Source: Chiloscyllium plagiosum
Lineage: Eukaryota
Length of the DNA: 64,000 bases
Direction: 5' to 3'
Assembly (NCBI RefSeq): GCF_004010195.1
Contig: NC_057750.1
Span: 19,876,117 to 19,940,116 of the forward strand
Shown here piece after piece: positions 36,061 through 49,982 of the stretch. A program made the position numbers and the translations under genes. Below the pieces are notes generated by a model, which was given only the letters and a program-made list of their open reading frames with translations, was not told the DNA's origin and did no database searches. Numbering within the stretch: position 1 is the stretch's first letter; each line of letters begins with the position of its first letter.

Positions 36061-36679
36061 TCGATCAAAAAATTGCTGTGCTGCAATTAACATTTAAGTA
36101 AGAAATGGGAAGCTGCAGAGGGGAGATCTTCCGAGATGCTCAGTTTTGTTGCCCACTTCCACGCTGCAATTCACAGAAACCATCGTCACGACAAGCGAGG
36201 AGCAATCTGGATGGTTTGTTTTATCAAATAATAAAACATTCATGTAGTTTCAGAGAAAGTAAGATGACAATGCCAGTTCACCTTATCTTCAAGTTCTTCT
36301 GTGCAAAATGGCTTTGAAAGCACAACCCTGTGATGTCTGGGAGTCAAACGCAGGTTAACTGCTTGGAAGGGAACTATGCTTACCACTACACCACCATCGC
36401 TGTGCGACTGAATGGCTCACAATTCTCAAACGCATTTAAAAAGACTGTGATCATGATTAATTGAACGGGACTAAAACAAAAACACGAATTTCTGCCGAAA
36501 CTCAGCAGGCTAGTCATCATTAGCATCAGAAATCTTCAGTTCTGAAAAAGAATCATTACACCCAGAAGTTTGACTCTGGTTTCTCCCTACAGATACCAGA
36601 CCTGCTGAGTTTCACCAACAATTTCTGTGTTATTTTTGAAATCTCCAGAATGGACAGTTCTTTTCTTCAAATATACCTG

Positions 36680-37250
36680 ATGATGCATTGAGAATAGGAG
36701 TTGCAAAGATATGTTGCAGCTGTACAGGACATTGGTTAGGCCACGTTTTGAGTATTGTGTGCAATTCCAGTCTCCCTGTCAGAAGGATACTGTAAAACTT
36801 GAATAGTTTCAGAAAAGATTTACCAGGATGTTGCCAGGGTTGGAGGGTTTGAGCCATATGGAGAGGCTGAATAGTTTGGGACTGTGGGGTGACTTTAGAA
36901 GTTTATAAAATCGTGAAGGGCATTAATAGGGTGAATAGACAAGTTGTTTTTCCTGGATTTGGGGAATCCAGAACTAGAGGTTATAGGTTTAAGAGGAGAG
37001 GGAAAAGATTTAAGAGGGAATTTAGGGGCAACTTTTCATGCAGAGGGTAGTGTGTGTATGGAATGAGCTGCCAGAGGAAGTGGTGCAGGCTGATACAACT
37101 ACAACATTTAAAGGCAACTGGATAGGTAAATGGATCGGGAGGATTTAAAAGGACATTGGCCAACGGTTGGCAAATTAACTTCGGATGTCTGGTAGGCATG
37201 GACGAGTTGGACCGAAGTTCTGTTTCCGTGCTGTATATCTCTCTGGCTCT
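36680..37250 (+). mobile_element. CR1 3' fragment
   Basis: LQLYRTLVRPRFEYCVQF; tail GGACCGAAG..TCTGTTTCCGTGCTGTA. Confidence 0.85.
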
Positions 37251-37324
37251 AATAACTCGATTAACCACTAAAGGGAATACTGGGTCAGGTGATAGTCTAC
37301 CTCAGAGGCAGAGTTGAAGCAGCA

Positions 37325-37625
37325 TAGAATCGATGTGGAAACTTGATTCGGCCCAACAAGTCCACACGGATCCTCCGAACAGCATCCCACCTCAACCCAA
37401 CTCCCCCCCCCCCCCCCCCCCCACCCACACACACACACACACACACTCTAATCCTGCTTTTCCCATGTATGATCCATTTTACCTACACATCCCTGAATAT
37501 TATGGGTAATTTAGTATGGCCTAGGCACCTAACCTGCACATCTTTGGACTGTGTGAGGATAACGGAGCAACCAGACGAAACTCACGAAGACACAGGGAGA
37601 ATAAACTTAAACTCTACACAGTCAT
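37325..37625 (-). mobile_element. HE1-like SINE, partial
   Basis: Reverse complement of the SINE body. Confidence 0.7.
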
Positions 37626-38719
37626 AAATCAGACAGGGTACTGGGTAATTGGAGAGGGAGTCCTGATGTTCAGACTGATGTGTGCATGAGGGGCCAAACA
37701 GCCTCATTTCAGTGCTGTAAAAACTCTATAACATGATGACTCCCTACCTGCAACATTTGCTTAAATTCGTTATTATTTACATTATTCTGAATGAAATGCA
37801 TGGAGAGTAGTTTTTTCTGCATTCAGTGATATCTGTATATTGGTCGTTCAGCAGCATCACAAATAGCAACATTGGGGGAGTGTGGATTGAATTCCTGCCC
37901 TTTACTGATTCCATTGCAACATGACATTTTCTGAGTAATTTCATTTGGTTTAAGATGGTTCAATTTTAATACGTTGCTGTTCTTAGTGTTACGGAATTTG
38001 AACTAAGCGGTACATCTTTATTGTATGATGAAACGGAGTAGCAAGTGGGCAGATTGGAGAATGTATCCCCTCAAATTCATAGGGACAATAGTTGCCATTC
38101 CCTCTGAATTAACACAGACCATGCTGAGACAGCTGACAAGACCAGGCAGCATCTATAGAGAGAAGGGAAAGGTGTGGTAAGGAGTAACCAGGGGAGATGT
38201 GAACCCATGTGATAAAGGGTGGGGCTCTTTGGCAGAACAGAAGAAAGTTAGAAAAATATCAATTTCTGAGAAATTCAAATAAGGTGACGCAGAAGAAAGA
38301 ATGGGATGGTTTGTACCAGGCTGTTAGCTGCAGATATTTAATGACAAATAGTTTCATGGAACCAAATCTAAAGGGATTTGGAATTCGACCAGAAAAAATC
38401 TAAGAGTTCAGGGAATTTAGCAGGAGTACACTAAACAGTCTATTCAAACTTTTCCGTCTTCTGGCAGTCAATTCAATCATGGATGACTTTAGATTTCAAA
38501 TCCAATTTCCTGTCCACTCTTTATGTCCCCTGATTCCCTGAGGCACTGGCAAACTGGCTATACTAATCTGAAATGGAATCAGATTAGTATCATCAGGGAT
38601 TGACAATATTAAAGACTCACTGGCGTAGAATGAAGTGCTGTCTGCTCATCTCTGTGCCAAACTCTGCCCCTTACTCTGAGGTTCTGTCCTTGTGATTCAG
38701 ATTCCCAAAAATACCTAAA

Positions 38720-39240
38720 AGGGAAATCAGGAGGGCAAAACGGGGACATGACATAGCTCTGACAAATAGGGTTAGGGAGAATCCAAAGGGATTCTATAAA
38801 TACATCAAGGAAAAAAAGAGTAACCAGGGAAAGAATAGGGCCCTTCAAAGATCAGAAAAGCAGCCTTTGTGTGCACCCTCAGGCGATGGGGGAGATGTTG
38901 CATCAGTGTTTACTGTGGAGAAGAACATGGAACATATAGAATGTGGGAAAATAGACTTTGATATCTTTTAAAAAGTCCATATTACAGAGGAGGAGATGCT
39001 GGATGTCATAAAACACATAAAGTTGGATAAATCCACAGGAACTGATCAGGAAACGAGGAAAGTGGTTGCTGGGCATCTTGCTGAGATATTTGAATTATCC
39101 GTAGTCACGGGTGAGGTGCCAGAAGACTGGAGGTTAGCTGGCGTGGTGCCACTATATACGAAAGGTGGTCAGAAAGAGCTTGGAAACTATAGACCATTGA
39201 GCCTGATATCAGTGTTGGGCAAGTTAGAACGTAGAGTATT
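38720..39240 (+). mobile_element. CR1 ORF2 fragment
   Basis: TGEVPEDWRLAGVVPLYTKG..NYRPLSLISVLGK. Confidence 0.85.
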
Positions 39241-39247
39241 ACACCTT

Positions 39248-39580
39248 GGGCGGCACGGTGGCACAGTGGTTAGCATTGCTGCCTCACAGCGCCAGAGACC
39301 CGGGTTCAATTCCCGCCTCAGGCGACTGACTGTGTGGAGTTTGCACGTTCTCCCCATGTCTGCGTGGGTTTCCTCCGGGTGCTCCGGTTTCCTCCCACAG
39401 TCCAAAGATGTGCAGGTCAGGTGAATTGGCCATACTAAATGCCTGTAGTGTTAGGTAAGGGGTAAATGTAAATGTAGGGGTAGGGGTATGGGTGGGTTGC
39501 GCTTCGGCGGGTCGGTGTGGACTTGTTGGGCCGAAGGGCCTGTTTCCACACTGTAATGTAATCCAATCTAAATCTAATCT
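39248..39580 (+). mobile_element. Full-length, young HE1-like SINE
   Basis: GGGCGGCACGGTGGCACAGTGG (A box), GGTTCAATTCC (B box), CpGs retained, (ATCTA)n tail. Confidence 0.92.
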
Positions 39581-41620
39581 ACAGGCCCTTTGACCCTCGA
39601 TATTGCGCCACCCTGTTATACTAATCTGAAGCCCATCCCACCTACACTATTCCATGTACGTCCATATGCCTGCCAATGACAACTTAAATGCACTTAAACT
39701 TGGCGAATCTATTACCGCTGCAGACAAAGCATTCCATATCCTTACTACTCTGAGTAAAGAAACTACCTCTGACATCTGTTTTATACCTATCTCCCCTCAC
39801 TTTAAAGTTGTGTCCCCTCGTGTTTGCTGTCAAAATACTTGGAAAAAGGCTCTCCCTGTCAACCCTATCTAACCCTCTGATGATCTTGTATGTCTCTATT
39901 AAGTTACCTCTCAACCTTCTTCTCTGTCATGAGAACAGCCTCAGCCTTTCCTCGTAAGACATTCCTTCCATACCAGGCAACATCCTAGTAAATCTTCTCT
40001 GCACCCTTTCCAAAGCTTCTACGTCCTTCTTATAATGCGGTGACCAGAACTGTACACAATACTCCAGGTGTGGCCGTACCAGAGCTTTGTACATAACCTC
40101 CTGGTCCAGGAACTCTATCCCTCTATTAATAAAGGCCAAAACACTGTATGCCTTCTTAACAATGCTGTCAATCTGGGTGGCAACTTTCAGGGATCTGTGT
40201 ACATGGACACCGAGAACTCACTGCTCATCTGCACTCCCAAGAATCTTATCATTAGCCAAGTACTTTGCATTTCGATTACTCCGTTCAAAGCATATCACCT
40301 CACACTTGTCCACATTAAACTCCAATTGCCAGTTTGCTGTCTGCCAGAAGATTCCTGTGACCCTGAAATCCTGTCCCTGTCCTTCCTACTCTCATCCTCC
40401 TGTGCATTGCAACAACACCTCCGGTTCCCATCCACCAGCTGAGCTAGTTTAAACCCACCCGAACAGCACCAGCAAATTTCCCACCCAGAATATTTGTACC
40501 CCTCTGGTTCAAGTGAAGACCGTCCTGTTTGTACAAGTCCCACATTCCCCAGAATGAGCCCCAATTATCCAAAAACCTGAAACCCTCCCTCATGCACCAT
40601 CCTTGCAGCCATGTGTTCTGCTGATATCTCTCCGTATACCTTGCCTCGCTATCACGTGGCAAGGGTAATAAACCAGAGATAACAACTCTGTTTGTTGTAG
40701 TTCTCAGCTTCCACTCTAGCTCCCTGAAATCCTGCCTTACATTCCTAGCCCTCTTTTTACCTCTGTCGCCGGTACCTACATGGACAATGACTTGAGGTTG
40801 GTCACTGTCTCCCTTCAGGACCCCAGAGATACAATCCGAGACATCACGGACCCTGGCACCTGGGAGGCAACACACCAACCACGAGTCTCGTTCGTTCCCA
40901 ACAAACCTTCTATCTGAGCCTCTAACTATTGAGTCCCAATGACTAACACTCTCCTCCTTTCCCTCCTTCCCTTCTGTGCAATAGGGACTGGCTCTTTGCC
41001 AGAGTCCTGGGCCACATTGCTTGGCCGGTAAGTCGTCCCCCTCAACAGTATCCAAAATGGTATACATGTTTTTCAGGGGAACGACCACAGGGGATCCCTC
41101 CACTGACTTTTTTTTCCCCTTTCGAACAGTCACCTAGCTTTCTTCTTCACTCGGAGTAACTACTACCCTGTAACTTCTATCTATCACAGCCTCTGCCTCC
41201 TGAATGATCTGATGTTCATCCAGCTCCCGCTCCAGTTCCCTAACAAGGTCTTGGAGGAGCGAGAGTTGGGTACACATCCTGCAGATGTACTTGGATGGGA
41301 CACTAATGGCTCTCCCTGCACTGCCATCCCTGCTAGCCCCCTAGTCACAAAGTAAAAAAGAGATGCTTAGCTGATATGTCCCTGGTCTTTAAGGTTAGAG
41401 GAGGTGGTTGCATGGGAGGTCCTACAAAGATAGGGTCTCGGGTTGAGAATACACTGACTTATCTAGCAGGACGGAAATAAAAATAAGAAATTCCTCCTTT
41501 CCCAGAAACCTCTGCTTTCTGACTTCAAATTTAAAAGCACAAATCAATGACTCACCGCGCCGGGCAGGCACCTGGTGCCAGCTCTCTCCCTTCGAGTTGC
41601 TGCTGCCGCTAAAAAAAACC
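39581..41620 (-). mobile_element. CR1 LINE with 5'UTR and ORF1 (SGNH esterase-type) joined to the ORF2 3' end; most of ORF2 deleted
   Basis: ORF 40444-41133: DSIVRG..CLPGARVRDV..VHVGT..DGLHLN; abrupt switch to the RT C-terminus at about 40325. Confidence 0.85.
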
Positions 41621-42964
41621 GAGAAAAAAAAATCAGATTGGTGTGACTCTTGTGTTATAATCTCAATCTGAAAATATTAGATGTTCTGCTATGCTATAGA
41701 TGTTACTAGCTGGTGAAATGATAGACAAAATTATCGATTTCATTGAATTAAGTCAAATTAAATGGTAGGTAAGAATTCCAGAAACAGAAGTAAGTTTGAC
41801 AGTTAGGAAGAATACTGTGTTACTGAACTGTCTCAAGTTCTGGAATCCATCTCTAAATCCTTCCGATTAAAGAGCTCCTTCTCCTGTTTAAAATGCTCCT
41901 TAAAATCTCCCTAATGCATAAGTTATTGTCATCTTACATAATATCACCTGCGATTGATCAACATTAACTCGATTTAATTTGGCTTGATAAAGGTCTTTTT
42001 AAAGTGTGTTTGTGCAGTGATAGAGTTGTACAGAATGGAAATAGCCCCTTCAATGGGACTCATCCATGCCAATCAGATATCTTATATTAATCTAGTCCCA
42101 TATGCCAGCATTTGCACTTATCCCTTTAAAACTGTCCTTTCTGGTTCTTCTTAAGTATGGTAATTGCAACAACCCCACCATTTGCTCTGGCATTTCATTC
42201 CAAACTCGCACCACAATCTGTGCGTAAATTTGCCCCTTTGTTCCCTTTTAAATACTTTCCCCCTCAACTTAAACTTATGTCCTCTAGTTTTAGACTCCCC
42301 AACCCTTCACTATTCACCCAATCCATGCACCTCATGATCTTATAAACTTCCATACAGTCACAATTCAGCTTCTGACACTTCCGGGAAAATCAGCCCAGCC
42401 TCGTCAGACTTTCCCTATGGCTCAAGCCATCCAATTTTAGCAAATTCCTCATCAATAATTTTCTGAATACTTTCAAGTCACACAAGATCTTTTCTGTAGC
42501 AGGGAAATCAGAATTGAAATTTGTCATCAACTGTGCTATCAAGCAGCATCTGTTTAGCAATAAGCAGTGACATTCTGTTTGGGTTCCGCCAGAGCCATTG
42601 AGCACCTGAACTCAGTACAGCCTTGGTTCAAACACGGACAAAAGAATGCAATTCCGGAGGTGACACCAAGGCTGCTTTCGACCGAGTGCAGAATCAAGGA
42701 GCCCGAGCAAAACTGGAATCAATGGGTATCGGGGGCAAACTCCCCGGTGGTCAGTGTCATGCCTGACACATTGGAAAAATGGTCGTGCTTGTTGGAGGTC
42801 AATCAATCCAGTCTATCTCTGCAGGAGTTTCTATACCCAACCACCTTCAGCTGCTTCATCAATGACCTTCCCACATCATAGGGTGAGAAATGAGCATGTT
42901 CGATTTGGTTGTACAATGTTTAGCACCATTCACGACTCCTCAGACACTGAAGCAGTCCGTGTCG

Positions 42965-45900
42965 TATAAAAAGCTTACATTATGAATCTGCAGCCTCCAT
43001 TTTTGCAGCACGTGCGGTGAGAGTGAGAACCGGGGACTGCTGGGACATTAAATAAATCCTATAAAAAGCTTACGTCATGAACAGGCGGACTGTACACTGT
43101 ACAGGAGCGATCACGGGATGGCTGAGTAAGTGAGATTATGTATTTGGGTGGTTGCTTTACCCGAAACAATACTTATGCAGTGTTTCACACACACCCTCCT
43201 CCTCGAACCAAAAAAAATGTTATGTGCACCGATTTGGTAAGGTTACTAGTTTTATTTTCAGTAGTCTCTTTGGGAATTCAGAACAGTGGAAATAGAGGTT
43301 AGGGCAGTTGAGTGTTCCTCCTGTAGCATGTGGGAGGCAATGCTCACCAAGAGTGTCCCTGCTGACTTCATCTATGGGAAGTACATCCAACTCCAGCTCC
43401 TCAGAAACTGTGTTAGGGCGGGAGGTGGAGCTGGATGAACTTCGGATCTTTTGGAAGATTGAGGGGGTTATTCATAGGAGTTACAGGGAAGTAGTCACAC
43501 CTCAGATACAGGAAAATGGCAGATGAGTTACAGTCAGGGGATGGAAAGGGAACAGGCAGACACCGGAATCTCCTGTGGCTGTTTCCCCTCAATAATAATT
43601 ATACCATTTTGATTACTGTTGGGGGTTTCAACTTACCATGGGTAAGCCATGGAGCACAATTCTCTTGCACAGAGTCTGTCCCTGTTGCTCAGAGGGAAGG
43701 GGGAAGAGGAGCATAGCATTAGTCATCAGGGACTCCATATTTAGAGGGAAAGACAGAAGGTTCTGTGGGAACGAGAGAGACTCATGATTGGCGTGTTGCC
43801 TCCCAAGTGCCAGAGTTCGTGATGTCTCGGATCATGTTCTTGGGATCATAAAGGGGGGGGGGGGGGAGCTCCAAGTCATGGTCACAGAGGCACCAACGAT
43901 ATGTGAAGGAAAGGGGAAGGGAATGTAAGGCAGAAATTCAAGAAGCTAGTATCAAAGCTTGGAGCAAGAACAAACAGAGTTGTTATCTCTGGTTTGTTAC
44001 CCATGCCATGTGCGAGCAAAGTGAGGAATAGGGAGAGAGAGGAGATAAACATGTGGCTTCAGGGATGGTGCGGGAGGGAGGGATTCAATTACCTGAATAA
44101 TTGTTAGGTTGGATCTCTACAAACGGGATGGTCTACACCTGAACCAGAGGGGTAACAAAAACCGGGCGTTTGGTGTGTGTGTGTGTGGGTGGGGGGGGGG
44201 GGGGGGAGTTTGTTAATGCTCTTTGGGAGGATTTCGACTAATTCAGCAGGGGAGTGGGAACACAAATTGGAGCTCCAGTGTCCAGGGGGTTGAGAGTAGT
44301 GTGATCAGGTCGCAGGAGTGTAGCGGCAGGCATAAAGATGGTTTGAAAAGTACCTACTTCAACAACAGGAGCATCCAGAATAACGTGGGTGAACTTGCAA
44401 CATGGGTTAGTACCTGGTACTTCGATGTTGTGGCCATTTTGGAGACATGGATAGAGCAGGGACAGGATTGTTTGTTGCAGGTTCCGGGATTTACATATTT
44501 CAGTACGAACAGAAAAGATGGTAAAAGAAGGGGAGGTGTGACATTTTTAGTCCAGAATAGTATTACGTAATGAGGACTCGTCTGCTGAGGTAATATCGGC
44601 TGAAGTTAGACACAGGGAAGGAGAGGTCACCCTATTGGGTGTTTTCCAAAGGCCTCTGAAAACTTCCAGAGATAGAACATAGAACAGTAGAACAGTACAG
44701 CACAGAACAGGCCCTTCAGCCCACGATGTTGTGCCGACCATTGATCCTCATGTATGCGCCCTCAAATTTCTGTGACCATATGCATGTCCAGCAGTCTCTT
44801 AAATGTCCCCAATGACCTTGCTTCCACAACTGCTGCTGGCAACGCATTCCATGCACTCACAACTCTGTGTAAAGAACCCGCATCTGACATCCTCTCTATA
44901 CTTTCTTCCAGCCAGCTTAAAACTATGATCCCTCGTGTTAGCCATTTCTGCCCTGAGAAATAGTCTCTGGCTATCGACTCTATCTATGCCTCTCATTATC
45001 TTGTATACCTCAATTAGGTCCCCTCTCCTCCTCCTTTTTTCCAATGAAAAAAGTACGAGCTCAGTCAACCTCTCTTCATAAGACAAGCCCTCCAGTCCAG
45101 GCAGCATTCTGGTAAACCTCCTCTGAACCCTCTCCAAAGCATCCACATCTTTCCTATAATAAGGCGACCAGAACTGGACGCAGTATTCCAAGTGCAGTCT
45201 AACCAAAGTTTTATAGAGCTGCAGCAAGATCTCACGACTCTTAAACTCAATCCCCCTGTTAATGAAAGGATGGCAAAGATGATTCTGGATAGGAGTGAAA
45301 GTAACGGGGTAGTTGTTACGGGGAATTTTAACTTTCCAAATATTGTTTCAAAATGCTATTGTTCAAGAACCTTATATGGGTCAGTTTTTGTCCAATGTGT
45401 GCAGGAGGGTTTCCTGACACAGTATGTAGATCGACTAACAAGAGGTGATGCCACATTGGATTTGGTATGGGGTAATAAACCCAAAGAGGTGTTAGATTTG
45501 GAGGTGGGTGAGCACTTAGGTGATAGTGACCACAGTTTGGTTATGTTTACTTTAGCGATGGAAAGTGGCAGGTATACACCACAGAGCAAGAGTTACAACT
45601 GGGGCAAAGGCAATTATTGGCAAGACTTAGAATGCATAGAACTGGAAAGGAAACTGAAGGGATGACCACAACTGAAATGTGGAGCTTATTCAAGGGACAG
45701 CTACTGCGTGTCCTTGATAACTAGGTACCTGTCAGACAGAAAGGAAGTGGTCAAGCGAGGCAACTGTGGTTTACGAAAGAATTCGAATCTCTTGTCGAGG
45801 GGAAGAAGAAGCCTTATGTAAAGATGAGATATGAAGGTTCAGTTAGGTCACTTGAGTGTTACACTTTAGCCAAGAAGGACTGAAAGTGAGAGCGAAGAAG

Positions 45901-47010
45901 AGCCAGTTGGGAACATGAGAAGTCTTTGGTAGGAAGGATCAAGGAAAACCCTAAAGCTTTCTATTTGTATGTCAGGAATAAAAGAATGACTAGTGTAAGC
46001 CTAAGGCCTGTCAAAGACCACAGTGGGAATTTGTGCGTGGATTCTGATGAGGTAAGAGAGGCTCTAAGTTAATAATTTTCGCAAGTATTCACACAGGAAA
46101 AGGACAATGTTTTTGAGGAGAATATTGAGATACAGGCTCTTAGACTAGATGGTATTGAGGTTCATAACTAGGAAGTATTAGGAATGCTGGAAATTGTGAA
46201 AATACATAAGTCCCCTGGGCTAGATGGGATTTATTTTAGGATTCTCTGGGAAGCTATGGAGGAGAATGCAGGGCGTTTGGCTTTGATCTTTATGTCGCCA
46301 TTCTTTACAGGAATAGTGCTAGAAGACTGGAGGATAGCAAATGTTGTCCCTTTGTTCCATAAAGGGAATAGAGACAACCCTGGTAATTATAGACTAGTGA
46401 GCCTTATTTTGGCTGTTGGTAAGGATTGTAGGAGATAGGGTTTTTAATCATCTAGAAAGTAATGATTTGATTAGGGATAACCAACACGGTTATGCGAAGT
46501 GTAGATCATGCCTCACAAATCTTATTGAGTTCTTTGAGATTGTGACAAGGTGCACGGATGAGGGTAGATTGATCAATGTGGTGTGTACGGATTTCAGTAA
46601 TGTGTTTGACAAGGTTCCCCATGGTAGGCTATTGCTGAAAATACAGAGGCAAGGGTTTGGGAGTGATTAAGCGGTTTGGATCATAAATTGGCTAACTGTA
46701 AGAAGACAGAGAATGGCGGTTGATGGGAAATGTTCACCCTGGGGTTCAGTTGTTAGTGGGGTACTGAAAGAATCTGTTTTGAGGTCACTGCTGTTTGCCA
46801 TTTTTATAAATGATCTGGATGAGGGCGTAGAAGGATGGGTTAGTAAATTTGCAGATGACACTAAGGTCAGTGGAGTTGTGGACAGTGTGGAAAAATGTTG
46901 CAGGTTACAGAGGGACATAGATAAACTGCAGAGATGGGTTGAGAGAAGGCATTTGGGGAGTTTAATGTGAAAAAATGTGAGGTGAGTCACTTTGGAAGGA
47001 GTAACAGATA
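42965..47010 (+). mobile_element. Near full-length degraded CR1 (5'UTR, ORF1, EN, RT), 3'-truncated, with a nested minus-strand CR1 3' fragment at about 44675-45265
   Basis: ORF1 esterase motifs; EN motifs DVVAILETW, GNFNFP and GDSDH; RT motifs QHGY..SCLTNL and INDLD..KFADDTK. Confidence 0.9.
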
Positions 47011-47014
47011 TCCA

Positions 47015-47980
47015 AAATGTAGCATCTCACATTTATCTAAATTAAACTTCATCTGCCACTCCTCAGCCCTTTGGCCCATCTGACCAAGATCTTGTTGTAA
47101 TCTGAGGTAACCTTCTTCACCGTCCAACACTTCTCTAATTTTGGTGCAACCTGCAAACTTATTTACTATTTCCCCATGTTCACATCCAAATCATTCATAT
47201 AAATGACAAAAAGCAGTGGACCCAGCATCGATCCTTTTGGTACACCACTGGTCACAGACCTCCAGTCTGAGAAGCAGCCCTCCACCACCATTCTCTGTCT
47301 TCCATCTTCGAGCCAGTTCTGTATCCACATGGCCAGTTTTCCCTGTATTCCATGAGATCTAACCTTGCTAACCAATCTCCTATGAGGAACCTTGTTGAAA
47401 GCCTTACTGAAGTCTATTTGGTTATGTCTACTGCTCTGCCCTCGTCAATCCTCTTTGTTACTTCTTCAAAAAACTCAATCAAGTTCGTGAGACATGACCT
47501 CCCATGCACAAAGACATGTTGACTATCCCTAATCAGTCCTTGCCTTTCCAAATACATGTAAATCCTGCCCCTGAGGATTCCATCCAACAACTTGCCCACC
47601 ACCGATGTCAGACTCACCAGTCTATAGTTCCCTGGCTTTTCCTTTCCACCTTTCTTAAATCGTGGCACCGTTTTAGCCAACTTCCAGTCTTCCGGCACCT
47701 CACCTGTGACTATCAATGATACAAATATCTCAGCAAGGGACTCAGCAATCACTTCGTTAGCTTCCCACAGAATTCTAGGGTACACCTGATCAAGTTTGGG
47801 GTATTTATCTACTATTATATGTTTCAAGACATCTAGCAACTCCTCTCTGTGATATGGACATGTTTCAAGATGCCACCATCTATTTCCCAACATTCTATAT
47901 CTTCCATGTCCTTTTCCACAGCAAACACTGATGGAAAATAATTATTTCAATCTCCGCCACCTCCTGTGGCTCCACACTGA
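47015..47980 (-). mobile_element. CR1 RT fragment
   Basis: ORFs 47166-47375 and 47414-47893. Confidence 0.88.
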
Positions 47981-49982
47981 AGCATGCCACTCTCCTGCAT
48001 ACATACATTTTGTGACTGCTACAGTTAAGTTAAAACTAGAAAGAACCTGAACTGAGAGAACTGGCTGTTCCCCTTCTATTGTTAAACTAAATCTCTTCAG
48101 AACGTCTGCCTTTATGATCTCTCTCTTCAAAAAAACTAAACATGGACAGAATTAACTTCGTGAAGTGACACCATCATAACAGTAACTGAGTTGGGAATCC
48201 TCAAAACCTTAAAGAAGCACTTGGACTAGCACTGAAATCTTATAAAAATTCAAGAATATGCCCTAAATGTTGGGAAGTGAGACTTGTTGTAGCGTTTTGC
48301 ATAATTTTACAAACTCAGTGGATCTATGGGCCACCTCTGTCCTCTATGATGCAATCATTCTATGATTCTGAAATTAAGGTTCTGAATTCTTTTTTGTCTT
48401 TGTTTTGAGAAAATATGACCCAGTGTTCATTCCAGTTGTTGATGTGGTCAGTATCAAATTCAGGCTCTTGATAAGCCCATTCGATCAATGTTTCCCCTAA
48501 TCTTCAGGATTGGACTGAACCCATGAAAAGAGATCCTGATACCAAGCAATGATACAATGTGGTTTCCTGGAACAAGCTGTGGTCCACATCTTGTGATTTC
48601 CATGGACAATGCAGCTTAAAACATGGTGGTTCCTAGCCCCGTTAAGGTCTCCACATCTGGGAGGGGGGTCGCTATTCACAAGGCGAGATCTAACAGAAGA
48701 GCTTCGGTGCATGAACCTGAACATCAGGCAGAAAACTTTGCTTAATCTCAGACATAGAGTGTTATTTCTGAAGTGGAAGTTTTGATAACCAATGCTGCAC
48801 GGATTGAGATTTTATTTGAATTAGGGCTATGATGTACTTTCTTGGACATGTGTGGGGAGGTGGGGGAGGGGTGGCTGTGGGGCAGAGAAGGCCATATCAA
48901 ATATTGAAGTTCTTCTAATTGTGGTGGGTATCCAATCTGGGGTATGGCGGTTGGCTTCACTACTGAATACTTGTAATTCAGATTGTCAGGATATTCTGAG
49001 GGATGAAAAGTCTCTTCAGATTTGTTTCTTCATATTGTGGAGGCCATCCATTTCTGGACAGTGTGGAGCGTTTCAATGCCCATCCTTTTAGTTTCTACAG
49101 TGCAGATGTACAATTCTGGAGGGAATCTGAGCTGTGGAGACTCCAAATCTGAATGCAGAAATTTAGCAGTTAATATCTGCATGAGGTGTCACTCATTCTT
49201 TATTTTACTAATCAGGGGGTCTTTGTGTGGATGGTGGTGTAAAGGGAATCTCCAGCCATTCTGAGTCACCTCATAGCAGATGAAATCAGCCACTGCTGAT
49301 CCCAATAAAATCTCCAGTACATGACCATGTGTCTGGGATTGATCCGCTGCTCATGGTAAAGAATCATTGAATTGTAGGAGGCCATTTTACCCATCTGGCC
49401 CCCGAATGAGCTCCCCTGCTTGTCCTACTATTCATCCGAATCGCTGCAGGACTCAACTTTCATCACTTTCAAAAATATATCAGCTCCTTTTTGAAAGCTC
49501 CGATACAATCCACTTCCATCACTCTCCCAGGCAGGACATTCCAAATCCTAACAACTCTCTCAGTAAAGAACTTTCTCCTAATCTTAATCCCATCTCTCTT
49601 GCTGGCAATCCCTATTTATTGACACACCAATGATTAAAATATCATTCTTTACCCTGTCAAAATTGTTCATAATTTTGACTTCCTCAGTAAGGACACCTCT
49701 TAATTTTCTCTGCAAGAAGAAATAAACCCAAAGTCTCCAATATTTCCTTATATATGGAATCCTTTCTAATTTTTTTTGTGGTAAATGTTCTTCCCTATCT
49801 CTTTTGAAAGTGCAGTTGATTCATTTTGAGAGGCTTTGATGTTGTGGCTATATTTCTTTATCTTGATGTTGCATGGAACAGCAATTATCTTTGTATAAAC
49901 CAATCCTTACAGTCTGTACTCACTCAGAGAATATTTGATCAATAACTTCAAGTCTCTCTTGTTTCACTTCTATCCCTAACAG

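Noticed and set aside
39248..39320. tRNA gene
   Set aside because: It is the tRNA-derived head of a SINE and continues into the SINE body and tail.
48430..49340. Possible old non-LTR retrotransposon or the missing exon 1 of the second GPCR
   Set aside because: No diagnostic motif or convincing ATG-exon-donor was found by eye.
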